Assembly (NCBI GenBank): GCA_965153455.1
Contig: OZ234493.1
Span: 25,658,213-25,722,212 of the forward strand
Direction: 5' to 3'
Origin: Sphagnum compactum
Taxonomy: Eukaryota
DNA: 64,000 nt
Shown here: positions 1 through 12,210 of the stretch, piece after piece
How positions within the stretch are numbered: the stretch's first letter is position 1
How the letters are laid out: each line of letters opens with the position of its first letter
Notes under the pieces: model-generated
Seen by the model: the letters and a program-made list of their open reading frames with translations, nothing else
Database searches by the model: none
What the model was told of the DNA's origin: nothing
Made by a program: the position numbers and the translations under genes

Positions 1-3000
1 TGGTGGTCCTATTTTTTGACTTACTTGGTTTACTGGTTATATATTGCTTGTACAACTCAAGGGATGCACTGACTCTTCGGTGCTCCTTCCTCAATTGATC
101 ATTCTCCAAATAATCTCTCAAAACCCTGAAATGCTTGACCAAATTATTGCTCACGTCATTCACTTCCTCTAATAAAAGCAAATCTTCCTTCCCTAATAAA
201 TCCAACAAATGAGGGTCTGAAATGTCTCTGGGATCCTTGTAAGCATTCTTCTTCACCACTTTTGGTGGCAGTGCAGGTGCTGGTCTGAACCCACCCTGCC
301 TGGTGGAGTACAACTTCAGTGCATCAACAGGTGACAAGGTTGCTAGGAGGGCACTTGTAGATGATGATGTAGACATGTTTGATATTTCTGCTGCAAGCTT
401 CACAACCCCTGGGTGGGCATGCTGCCGCAGTAATGACAGTTCCCACAGCACAGAAGAGAGTGCCCCACTTAGGTCAGGATCCTCACCATCCACTTGAAAC
501 ATCTGCAACCACCATCAAAACTTCTGTATAGGTTGGAACATTCTTTTGCCCCTTGCATGCCTTCTCAAGTATTTGGTGCCACTAGAAACAGCCTGCTGGA
601 TTGCAATAGAGTGGTATGGTTCATGTTCCATCAGTCACTCTACTCCAGAAGAGATGCATACTGGGAACATCCATTAGGAAACAAGTTTTGTCACATATTC
701 TAAGAGGAAGTTACAATACACTAGAAGACCTTAGCCGACTTCTGGACAGTACTTCCAGTGGCTGTCCATATTCCTAGAACTGATAGTATGTCCAAAGATG
801 GGTCCCTGGCAAACATTGGCAAGGAAGATACACATACCGCCACATTACCACCAACAGAACCTCCTCCGCCGTCATTATCCAGAATGCTTCGACACTTACT
901 GTAGCGCTGGAGCAACTGTCGTACTGTCACAAGTGCTGCAGGCACCAGTGTTCCATGTTAGAAGAAAAATAAACTTTCTGACAACTGACAACAAAAACTT
1001 CATTTGTGTGGACATGCTTCTGCTATACAAATACAAAAACAATCTGTCACCTCTTCGCAGCACCAAAAACAATGGATTGAACACATTAATGAGACCTAGA
1101 GGACCAGATATATGGGTCGTACCAGCCATGGCCTCTGCTGGTCCAAGATGGAGAGCAAGGGAAGAAAGTCGTTTGATAAAGCCAGCAGCTCGTTGCATGT
1201 CATGCTGACGCCCCTCCAAGAGCATCACTTGTAATGCTTGAACAAACACCTCCCCATACTTCTCTTCATCCCTGGTAATCACCACATCCATGCAAATCAG
1301 ATTCATACTCTTATCCTGCCTTCAAAAAACCAACAACCCATCAAAAAGTAACTAACTGATTTTAAGAGAGAACTTCGATCCTAGTCACTCATCACAGGGC
1401 AGCAGCCATCCAGAGTAGAATATGATAACTGACACCTGACTGAGTTAAACTCAAAAAGCAAGTTGTATAGCCGGACATAGAACTCCCGCAAATCAATGTT
1501 GAGAGCATCCATATTGCTCCGTACAATCTTGAAAGCGATGATACAACACTGCAATCGCTCGCCTACTGACAACAAATTGTCCGATTGGGTTCCAGTCACA
1601 ATGTGGCCTCCAGCTGCTAAGGTGCGAAGCACTGCTAGGAGGTCAGCCATGAAATCAACACTAATTAAGTGTGAAAACTTGGCTAGACCATCCAGGGCTG
1701 GGCCCAACAGCGGCCTAATATCTGTTGCCACTGGTCCATCCTCTTCGAGTGACATAGCAACTTTTGTCCTGCAATAGAACAACCACAAACAGTACCAGTA
1801 TGAATCTTGCAGTATGATTGTTTCAATTCTTCTGTCTTCAGGCAAATAGAAAAAGCATTGTTGGAAACCCCAGTGCATAGATAACAACAAAAGGAAACAA
1901 CCACCTTTCATCTGCAGGATCTAAGCTAGTCTTCAGCACCCGGAAGTAAGTCTCAAACACAGCAGCAAGAGTCAGTGTTTGCAGTCTCCTCCGCTCTACA
2001 GTGTCAGGTGCCACTGAAGCTTCTTTAAAATCAGCTTTCACCTACGCCCCTTCCAACAACCATGTCACAAAACCTTCAAACCAATGATGCACCTGAAACC
2101 ACATTGTATTTTGATGTGCTTGTTCTGGTTTAGATGTATACCCACACCACACCAGCCACTGAAAAACAGCTAGGAGCCACAGATGTAGACAAAGTCCAGA
2201 ATGAAAATGCACCCTTTCAAGAAACTGCTTCAATAAGATGGGTCTTGCACTGAGCCACACATTTGTGGAAAGTTTTTCTTTCAGGCAGACAGCCCTTCAA
2301 ATTTTAATAGATGGATACATACAGATGGATCAAAGCCCAGTATTTTTGCATAGATGCCTGATACCCACCTCCTTCCTCAACTGAGCAGCAAGTTCTCGTT
2401 TCTTAGCTTTTTTCTCCTGCTTCTCCTGTCTCTTTGATTTTGGCTTTCCACCTATCCTATCTTCCCCTCTCCCAGAGGTGCTTGATCTCTCTAGGTCCTC
2501 ATCAAAAGAGAGAACCATGAAAACCTGCACTTTTAGGTTTCCAGAACCATCACTGAAGTAATGCAAAGTGGTATACTCTCATAACTCAATGCCTTCCTTT
2601 GCTAGGGAGTGATCATACACAAAGGATAATCATTTGGTCAAAGGCCTTTCATCAATCCAGACATGCTTGTAGAGAAAACAACCATTCCCTAGGGCAAGAG
2701 AGAACCTACATGTGCAAAAGCTCTGTTGAACAACCCTGTTGCATAAAAACAAACAAATGATTCACTGCAGCAGAGAAAATAAGAATGTACCTCCAAAACA
2801 GAGGGGCGCAGCCGACAGTGACGAATCTTTACAAGCTCTGCAATCAACTGCACTGCTTCTACAGTGGCCTCTCCACCATGCTTGCCCTCATTCTTAAACA
2901 AGGACTTGAGAGCCTCACAACTCATTGCACTGTACACAGAACAACCAGTTTCAATCCATAAGCCAGGATATGGGACTCAAATAACAGGGAGTGTTCAGAA

Positions 3001-5547
3001 GTCCCAAGACATGATCTATAATACAGGAACTGCAAGATAGATAAATAGAGGGTTTGCAAGACAGAAATGCCAACCTGATTTCATCCTCTTGTGACATCAT
3101 ACGAGGAACAATGGCCTTTAACAAACTATCCCGATAATTGAAATGTGGAGCTGCATCCAGCAAACTACACATACACCTAAGTGCTATTTGTCGTCGTGGA
3201 CGAGACTTGGCTGCTTGAATCAGTGTCTGAACATATGTCTGCACCAAATGAAACTCACTTCTGATTGGAAGCAGTTTAAATCAAATCACTCAAACCTGCA
3301 CTTTGTTCACTTCTCATAATACAAATATAGCATTTCACACCATCTTCTCCTTAATGCATGCAAGAATATGTGTGAAGCCCATAATAGGAGTGTCAAGAGC
3401 ATCTCCTCCAATGTCTACAGCATCTCCCATGTGCAAGCCACATCAAAGTGAACTTTCAGTGCCCAAAAGACAAATTTGCTCATGACTGGCATGAAACGCC
3501 ACTACCTCATGAGCAATGAAAAAACTGATTCTTTTCATCAGCAGCAATCTGATTCCAAACCTGGTAGTGACGTAGAAGGGCTGATTCAAAATCACGTAAT
3601 TTCCGTATTTCCTTTGAGACCTGCATCTCCAATTCCTTATCTGTTGGCAACCTTATCCGGTACCTGTGCCAATCATGATACATGAACTCACATCAGAGAA
3701 GCAGAATACAATCAGGTCTAGCTCAACAGAACAATCATCCCCATCAGTTGCAGTATGAGTGTAGGCTAACATCAAGCAGCATTAACCTTTGACGTTAACC
3801 AACATACTGAGTTTCTGTCATAAGAACCGCAGCAACAGGAAAAGTCAGCCCTGATACTGGCAAGGTCAGTAAGCTTAAACTCTGTTAATGCACATGACCC
3901 ACCCAGGGAGGAGATCCTTGAAAACAGCCATGGAAGACAGCAGAGCCAACTGTGCTACACTGTCATCGCGGTCTTTACACATCTCCTGCAGTTCCTTCAG
4001 TGTTGACAGGTTGCCTTCTGGATCTGCAAGCAACCCTGATCCAATCTCTGCCATGCGGGCCTTCAACTCTGCCCGCCTTTGTTGCACTGATATGTAGCTC
4101 ACCACTGCTTCCTACAGCATAAACCAGCAATCTGCTCTTCTCAGGCTTGTTCCACAAGATCAACCCTCATTATGAGGATAGACACAGAAGGACACAAGAC
4201 ACTCTTCTATATTTGCACACATTTCTGGAGTGAAAATCTGGAAAGACCAGACTTAGTGCAGAAATTCATAGCCATCCAACCTGTGGTTGCTGAACAATAG
4301 GCTTCAAAATTTCTTCACCAACTCTCCCCTCCTGCTTTTTGTCCTCTTTCTCTTTCTTTTTCAGTTCTTTCATCTCCTTTCTACGTTCTGCCTTTGTGAG
4401 CTTTGGCTTCTTTGCTACTGTTTGCCCCTCTGCCAAAATTGCAGCCTCATGCTGTGCTGATTCCATTCTCATCTCTTTACCCTTAAGCAATAGAGCCCTG
4501 CGCTCTCCAACAGTAGCAGTTTCCTCCGCTCCTGCAAACATGAAGAGCACATGAAGTGTCACATGAAGAGCACCCTTCTTGGAAGTTGTGCAGGGAATTG
4601 AGTGACAGTGAGCATTTCAGTATCATATTCCTGTTTCAGGCCTCCTACTCAACTCTTGTTCAATTGTATCACTCCCTCATATACACATGTGAAGGTGCAT
4701 ACCAAGAGCCTTTGACATTGCAGTTGAACGGTAATGGAGCTCGCCAGCCAGTGATTTGACAGGCAAAGCATCCACAGGATCTACAGACATCACCACAGAA
4801 TTTCCATCCACTGCCCTTGCTGCAATTCGATCTGCTCTTTTCTCATATACAGATTCTATGTCTTCTGCATTCTTCTTCTGCCTTGGCCCCATCAACTGCC
4901 TGAGACACAACACCATATCATGTCAGACTTGGATGGCTGCAATCCTTGTCTTTGCCTACTTTTATTCAAAAAATTAGGGGAAACTCCGAAGAATTGTGGT
5001 TGAAATTACAGAGGACATCCACATGCTGCACACATTTCCATATTGGTGCTCTAAACCATAGCTGCTGTTGAAATTCCAAATTCCAGTAACGCAGACAGGA
5101 AACAAAATAGGCATCTAAGAACATAAAACTTGGGTTTAGGTCAAGGGTTTTATCTCTCTGCCTGCACGCACTTGTTGATATTAGGAGTATCCAAGTTGGC
5201 AAGAAAACCAGCATAGTCCTCATGCTGTTGCATAAACTCGACATCTTCATCAGATACTTCCACCTCGTCGTCTCCAACTTCAGGGGGCAGCTGCGGCACA
5301 CCCGGAACTCCTTTCTGTTTGCATCATTATCCACATTCAAAAATTTCAGAAAACAGCACCCACATTCAACGACATGATCAACAGCACAAGAACTCCAAAC
5401 TCTTCAAAATGAATTAACGACGGAGCTGAACACCAACGACAAGAACTCCAAAATCTGAGTACAGATTTCAATGAGCTAGTGCAAAAGATCCCCGAGCAAA
5501 ATCCTGCTTCCTCTCACCTGCTTCCTCTTGCGCTTTCGAGTCGACAT
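1..5547 (-). CDS. NOC3: Nucleolar complex protein 3 homolog (NOC3/CBF-Mak21 family), multi-exon, 3' end beyond the window edge
   Basis: Exonic peptides typical of NOC3: DPVDALPVKSLAGELHY, MAEIGSGLLADPE..L..LKEL, AVFKDLLPG, CMCSLLDAAPHFNY, LAAVFETYFRVLK, PLLGPALDGLAKFSHLISVDF, RAAGFIKRL, DPDLSGALSSVLWELSLL. Probable ATG at 5547 (MSTRKRKRKQ then a GTGAG donor). The last exon (about 1-502) stays open to base 1. Confidence 0.9.
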
Positions 5548-5927
5548 CTTCCCAGACGTCGCAGGCAGACCCGGCATTCCAACTGCTTTGCGAAGACGAG
5601 AGAGAGAGAGCGAGATCTCGTGCGCAATAGGAGATTGAGCACGGCTTTCTGCGTCATGAGAATTGCAAGAGAAGAGAAGACACAAGAGAGGCTGCAGTCA
5701 TCATAATAGGGTTAGGGTTAGGGTTATGAGAGCTTTCTGTTACTGCGACGGTTTCTTCCGTTTGCTTTTGCCTTCGGACTCAGCTCGTCGCGGGAAGATT
5801 CACGAGCGCGTGCAGGCGAGTAGGGTCAGAGAATTGTGTCCGATCGAAGGAAAGTTTCTGGGTACAGAAATCGCCTTATTTAGGTCCGTCTTGATCTTCG
5901 TGATTCGAAGGAGAGAAATTTTGAGCG
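5548..5927. promoter_or_regulatory. Bidirectional promoter region between NOC3 and COX17, with a (TTAGGG)-type telo-like run
   Basis: Divergent start codons lie about 380 bp apart in CpG-rich sequence; TAGGGTTAGGGTTAGGGTT at 5707-5725. Confidence 0.65.
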
Positions 5928-6227
5928 ATGGGAAATACAATGGGGAGAGGTTCAGGGCCTCAGGAGTCTATGGTGCTTGCGACGAAGGATGATGATGCTT
6001 CTTCGGACGCGCACATTGCTGGCTCCTTGATCGACAAAGAAGCGGCTGCAGGGCCACCGGGAGCAGCGGCAGCAGCAGCAGTAGCTCCGAAGAAGAAGAT
6101 CTGTTGTGCGTGCCCCGAAACCAAGCGGCTGCGAGACGAGTGCGTGACGGAGCACGGTCAGGAAGCGTGCACCAAGTGGATTGACGCGCACTTACAGTGC
6201 TTGCGCAACGAGGGTTTCAAGGTTTGA
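5928..6227 (+). CDS. COX17: Cytochrome c oxidase copper chaperone COX17 (single coding exon)
   Basis: KKKICCACPETKRLRDEC...CTKWIDAHLQCLRNEGF contains the CCxC copper-binding motif and twin CX9C. The start could be either of the first two Met codons. Confidence 0.93.
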   Translation: MGNTMGRGSGPQESMVLATKDDDASSDAHIAGSLIDKEAAAGPPGAAAAAAVAPKKKICCACPETKRLRDECVTEHGQEACTKWIDAHLQCLRNEGFKV

Positions 6228-9200
6228 TGGTTTCAGTTCCTCAGCCTGGATTTACATGCAACCACAAATCACTTAGGATTGTCATTTGTAGGGTTTTACA
6301 TGAGTAGTTCTGAAACTATAGCGTACAGATTCTTTGGTCGGGAGAGAAAGAAGAGAGAGGAGATACAAGGGTTAGAATTAATTCCATCATGAGAGTATCA
6401 GCGATTCCGTGTACAGCGGGGTGGAGGCTTTGCAATCTCTTTGACAGGAAGATGAATTGGAGTCAGAGACGGTTCAGTTTGCAACTGAGGAGGCATAACT
6501 TGATTTCAAGATGTGCCTGTGGTCTGTGAGGAAGCAGTCTAGCTTGCAACTCAGGAGCCATGTTTTCGTCAAGACATTGTATCTCTGGATCTACTGCACT
6601 AGTTGGAGTCCTCTTACATGAGGTGAAGGATTCTGTCAGTAGTTTATGTACATGTACTGCAGTAACTGCAGTTCTATGAATTTTGTTGGAAGTTGAGGCA
6701 CAAGTGTGTGTATGCACTTTGTTTCAGTAACTTTCAATGCTCTTGAAGTTTTGATTTTGCTAAACAGGTTGTTGAGGAATCTTTTGTGACTCCACTATAT
6801 ACCTTTGAATGAAGTTGATCTGCTGAACAGAGTTCCTCCACTACATGCTGAAGAGTATTGCAGAGTGGTTGATTTGTTCATTTGTGGACTTTCAAGGGAA
6901 GTGGAAGCATTTGTAAGTCTGCAGGAGAGTAGGCCTAAATGTCCATATTGTGAGCTTCATCTCAACTGATTAAGCACCTGCTATTTTTGCTCTCCTTTGT
7001 TAAACCTTGTGCAGAGATCTGGAAGATCCATCTGTGGGATTGGTTTGATACAAGTAGATACTAGTAGCTCATTGATTCTGGCAGTAGTTGGCATCCTTGT
7101 TGGTATCTCAATATTTTGGGATGAGACTGTTGAAGATCAAGGATGTGAGGGAAAAATGAGCACTGGAGTGCACAGAGAGTATCTCATGGTGTACTGGAGG
7201 TGAAGTTCTCTTACAATTAGATTCAGGAATTATGTTTTTAATGACTTGTGATTTGTACGCATAGTTTGCTTCCTTAGGTCCCATGATTCAATGCAAGATA
7301 CAAAGGTGATTTTTGGGATCTCAAGCCCATTACTTGGGTTGGCTTCGGCTTCCATTCCATATTATAGCCCATGTTCAAAATGGTGCCAAGAAGGTTTTTT
7401 GTATTGACTGCAAGGATGTTGATTGTTATTCACATGAAGGGTCCGGGGAGTTTTCTTGTGACAGTAGAAGTTGGCACCTTGCTTGATTCTTTAACCTCAA
7501 GATGGCAACTTTGAGCCACATAGTGTCTCTTTGGGTAAAAAGTTTAAAAGCCATGTCTCTTCAATAGAGCCACCCAGGTTGATTTTAGGCCACCATTTAG
7601 CCCATCCAAGGTCTTGAACCATGGCACATTTTCAAAGAAATCAAAGATGGTGATTCGTGGGCATTCTCAATGTGAGTTTAAGGCTTTTCTATAGGAGAAT
7701 GATGAGCAAGAAGGAGGGTCTAAGTTCTAAACAAGTGCATTATGTAAACAGGTTGGGGATTACTTGCTCCTAAGTCATTTTGGCTCACTTTTGTATCATC
7801 CTTATTAGTGCAACCAAATATGGTGGCAGGTTGGCCCACACTTTGGAACCCATTAGTACGTTCCAAATTAGACTTAGAAGAGAAACATGGCAAACTTAAT
7901 TGCCCACCCCCAATCACTTAACGTGCTGAATTGATTTGTGGCACAATGAAAGCCATCATAGCTCTACAATGGGTCTCCTCTCCAACACATAAACCTCAAG
8001 GGCATTGTGAAAGCACAATACAACAAGCTTGGAAACAACATGCAGTCTTATTCAGCGATTCTTTTGGGGCAAAATTTTGCAATTTGGTGGTGAAAAAAGA
8101 AGGCACTTAAACAAGTACAAAGGTGTGTTCACGTCGAGTTCTCAATGTATTCCCTCAAGATGTTCTCAAATGGCCAGCTAGTGGTAAATGGTTGTTTAGT
8201 TATAGCTACAAAACAAGATGTTCATTTCTATCTTGCGACTAAAACCAAAGGATGGCAACACAACCTCTTCCATCTATGCAACATGCACAAAACAATTTGT
8301 ACATTTGAAAAAGTTGTATTTTGAATAAATAGGCCGGTGACTGAACACTTAGTGTGCTAGTTAGCTTTAGATCTTTCAATTGGCCTCCTTTGTTTATGGT
8401 GTTAAAGATAAAATGTGGAGGAGTAGAGGGCACACCCCATGGCCTTTAAATTGTTTAAATCAAATAAAAAATGAGCAAATTATGCCCTTCTAAAAATCAG
8501 GTGAAAAAAGGGAAAAAAAAGCTTCAAACACATGTCAACCCATGGAAATTTGTTCACCTCAACCAAACAATGATATGCTCTTTAATGGATGTTTTATGTC
8601 CTCATCACCAAAATAGATGAAAATGTCAACAAGCATTATCCTCAAAATGATTGGTCAATTTTGAACATGTGGTCGTGACCTTTATAAAAACTAAGGCTAA
8701 AAAATCAACAATAATGGGTTTTTAAAATTTCATTCACCAAACCCATCACAAATTTATGGGTGTGGCAGTGGGCATGGGATGTCACGAATGACAATGCCAT
8801 GGAGTTCATTCATTTGTTTGATCATCCACGATTTGTAACAAATTTGTACTTAACTTTTCATTTTTAATTTTATTTTTTTCTTAGTTAACTTCCAATTAAG
8901 TTTTAGTTTATTTCCATTTAACTCATAGTTCACTTCCAGTTGGTTTTTAGTTCACACTTAGTTAAATCTTAGTTCATTTCTAGTTACTTCTTAATTAATT
9001 TATAATTAAATATAAGTTAACTTTGAATTAATTCCTATTGAAATTTTAGTTAATTCCAATTAACTCACAATTGATTTCTAATTAAATTTCAGTTAATTTT
9101 TAGCTAGTTTTAATTAATTCATAGTTGATTTAGGAAGGTTCTCAAGAAGCTCTTTTACTTGATGCACACAGAAACTTATTTGAAAATTTCTTTGAGCTAA

Positions 9201-9639
9201 ATCCACAAAAGGGTATAAATACAAGTAGGACCTTTCATTTCCTTCAGTCTATTCAACACCAGTCTTAAGCATGATCTTACACCATAGCCTTGTCATGTTC
9301 TTTTCACATTCATGTTTACATATGTTAACACAATAAAAATATGTTTTTACATTAGTCTTACACATTTCATGTTCTTGTTTTTAGTTATTGTGTTCTTATT
9401 TTTGAATCACATAATCTTGTTTTGTTCTTTGTTGAAAGTTAAACTTAAACCTTTCCTTCAACCTTTGTTCATGTGGATTTCATGTCCATGACATGGGATT
9501 TTTTGGGCGTTCATCACCAAGAAAAGGGAATCATGCACTAGGTAAGTTCATCGCTAAAAAAAGTGCATCACCAAGAACAATGCATCATTAGGAAAACGTG
9601 AGTTTGCATCACTAAGAAAAAGACACATAACTTCACATG

Positions 9640-9990
9640 CCTTTTGTTGTAAATTATTTTGGTTTTTTCGGCATGGATTTGAAACTTTGACCTTGAAACT
9701 CCAACTTTGTTAAAACTTATTTTGGTCTTCTGGGTGTGGGCATGTTTTTGAAACTCTAAGCTCAAAGTTCCATTATTGTTATAGCCTATTCTAGTTTTTT
9801 GGGCATTTTTTAGAACTCTAACCTTGATGCTCCATTATTGTTGTAGTTTATTTTGATCTTTTGGGCATGGGCATGTTCTTGACACTTTGAGCTCAAAGTT
9901 TCATTATTGTTGTAGCTTATTTTGGTCTTTTGAATATGTTATTGTAATTATGAGCTTGAAATTCCATTATTGATGTAACCTATTCTAATT
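9640..9990. repeat. Degenerate tandem repeat, unit about 60-66 bp, 5-6 copies
   Basis: Recurrent ttgttgtagcttattttggtcttt..gggcatg..gaaactct.agctcaaagttccatta variants. Confidence 0.65.
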
Positions 9991-11049
9991 TTTGGTCTTC
10001 TATTTTTTCTTGAAATGTTATTTCAACAAGTTTAGGTTTCTAGTTGTGCATTTTGTACATGTGCTATTGAGTTGTTGTTTCAACAAGTTCAAGCTTTTGG
10101 TTATGTTTTCATGTTTTTGAAGTCCATGTTGCTTTCTTGATCTCTTTTCCATGTTTTTGAGGTGTTTGTATTTTGATTCTAGCTTCGGTGATTTTAAATA
10201 ATGTTTTCTTTTTATGTTAGTCTCAATGGTGACCATATGTATCTCTTACACGTAAGCATAAGAAGGTAGTGGCCTTGCTACTCAACACCCTTTTGCTTAT
10301 TGTTTAGCTTGTGCCCATTACCTAACCTTTCATTAAACCCAAGTTGTGCATCCAAGCTTGGCACCCATGTATCTATGCGAATCTACCCATAAGCCTGCTT
10401 AAAAGTTTTGGTGGAATCTATCATGGACCTCTTTGACAGTTGCTCGAGTCCAAGTTGCAATAAATTGTGTTCTAACAAACTTCTTAGCAATTCTAATAGT
10501 TGTTTTATTGTTATAGTCCCCAAATCCATTACTTTTTTGGCTTGTTTATCATCTTTTTCCTTTCATTCTCCTTCTTTGATTTCCTTTGTAGTTACTTTGT
10601 CCATGGTTTTTTCTTTAAAATATTTAGGTATTCAAAAAAAAGTCACAACATGTGACTAAAAATAATCAACTAATGGTTCCTTCCCCCTTGTGTGTTCTTA
10701 TAAACAAATGAGGCAACAAGAGCAAGTTGTGCAACCTCATGACTTCTTGGGTTAGATTTGGAAGATTATGGGTTTCCTACACCAACCCAAGAGTAACCTC
10801 ATCTAAGTTTACAATATCTATTATTTATTTATTTATCACAATAGGGCTTTGATGTATTTACATAACATTGGTCAATTTTTAACTTGTTGGATGTTGGATG
10901 ACCTTTAGGTGTTATTTGATGGACTTTTGATTTAGTAATATGCAACTATGGATTCTTCTCCCCATTGTTGACTTTGATTGCAATTAGTTTCTTCATTTAA
11001 TGTGTATTCCTTTTCACTTCCATGGTTGTTGATGTTTGTTGTAGTGTGA

Positions 11050-12210
11050 ATTTTCAAAGGTCGAATCTTGTTATTCATTGCCTTGAAATTGAATTAAAGG
11101 CCAAATACATGTAGCTTCGAACCTAAATTTGATGTTTTTCTTTGTGAGAAATTGATCTATGCCTTGGTCTATCCATCTAATTAAAATAATCTTATATGGT
11201 TCCATGTGATTATTTTAAAACATAATTACATTTGTAACCTTTTTGAATGTTGTTTTAAATGGCTTAAGATAAGACACATAATGGTTGTAGAACATGTGAT
11301 GTATGGGATGGTAATGTAATCATGTTTAGCCCAAATTTTTGTGCATTTTTTTATTGTTCATAGGGTAACATGATTACCATGCCCATCCACAATTAACAAA
11401 TGTCGATCAGTAAGAAACAATCCACTTGGAATAAACTTTTTAAAGAAAGTAAAAAAATTCTTGAATAAGAAAGAAGTCATCCAAGCTTTCTTTTGCATTG
11501 TTATGCAAGCTTTTAGTTCACAAAGTTTGATGTAATCGTCTCATAGTCTTTCACCTCTCAAAATGTAAAACCTTGGTAAAACACCTCAACAACATATAAC
11601 CACAAAGTTTATAGTTAACCACTCCCAAGACTTGGAGATGGTGTTATAAATTGCATTTGATCCTCTTCTAACTAAAACCCTTACTCCAGATTGTTTACCA
11701 ACCTAAATGTTTGTTTCAAATGAATTCCACACATGATCTGTAATGTAATTGTGTTGGTTATATAATGATTGCATGTTGGTGTATAATGAATTGTAAGAAG
11801 CGAATGTTAATCTTTGTGTTTTACATCTAATCTTTTAGCTTATCGAATATTAATTCCTAAATGTCTTTGTTAGAACTAATATAACTAGCTATTGCATGGT
11901 ATTCCATCTCGGAATGGTGTATCTTTTGTGTTTATCAACTTTGCAACCTTATTTAGTTACAATAGGTTTATGGATAATTTGCATTCTTGCATATCTAAGG
12001 TTCATTTGATCTATATAACATTATCTTCTTTTATAAGCATGCCTCCTGGGCCCATCCTCTTAAACCTTAGTTTTCCATATAGGTGGTTAGAAAATGAATT
12101 TTAAAAAATATTCCATGATGTTTTTGCCCTCATTAAAAAACATGTCCCTCTTTCAACAACATCCATTGTTGTTTTTAATATTTCAATTATCCACATGCCT
12201 TTCCTGCTTG
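11050..12210 (-). mobile_element. Decayed pogo/Tc5-like (HTH-psq/CENP-B plus DDE_1) DNA transposase pseudogene
   Basis: Minus-strand translation through stops and frameshifts gives KGMWIIEILKTTMDVVERG..SWNI..NHLYGK..RMGPGGML (HTH region), PFRDGIP, HVWNSFET (cf. IWNxDET), RHLLIVDGHGNHV and HTSHVLQP..LKPFK, which are the DDE_1 catalytic motifs. Element boundaries not determined. Confidence 0.8.

Noticed and set aside
5707..5725. Telomere or interstitial telomeric array
   Set aside because: Only three units, in a promoter; better explained as a telo-box-like motif.
7300..8050. Possible non-LTR retroelement remnant (similar impression at about 42215-42640)
   Set aside because: Looks like decayed coding DNA, but I could not recover diagnostic RT or endonuclease motifs. 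BLASTx would be needed.
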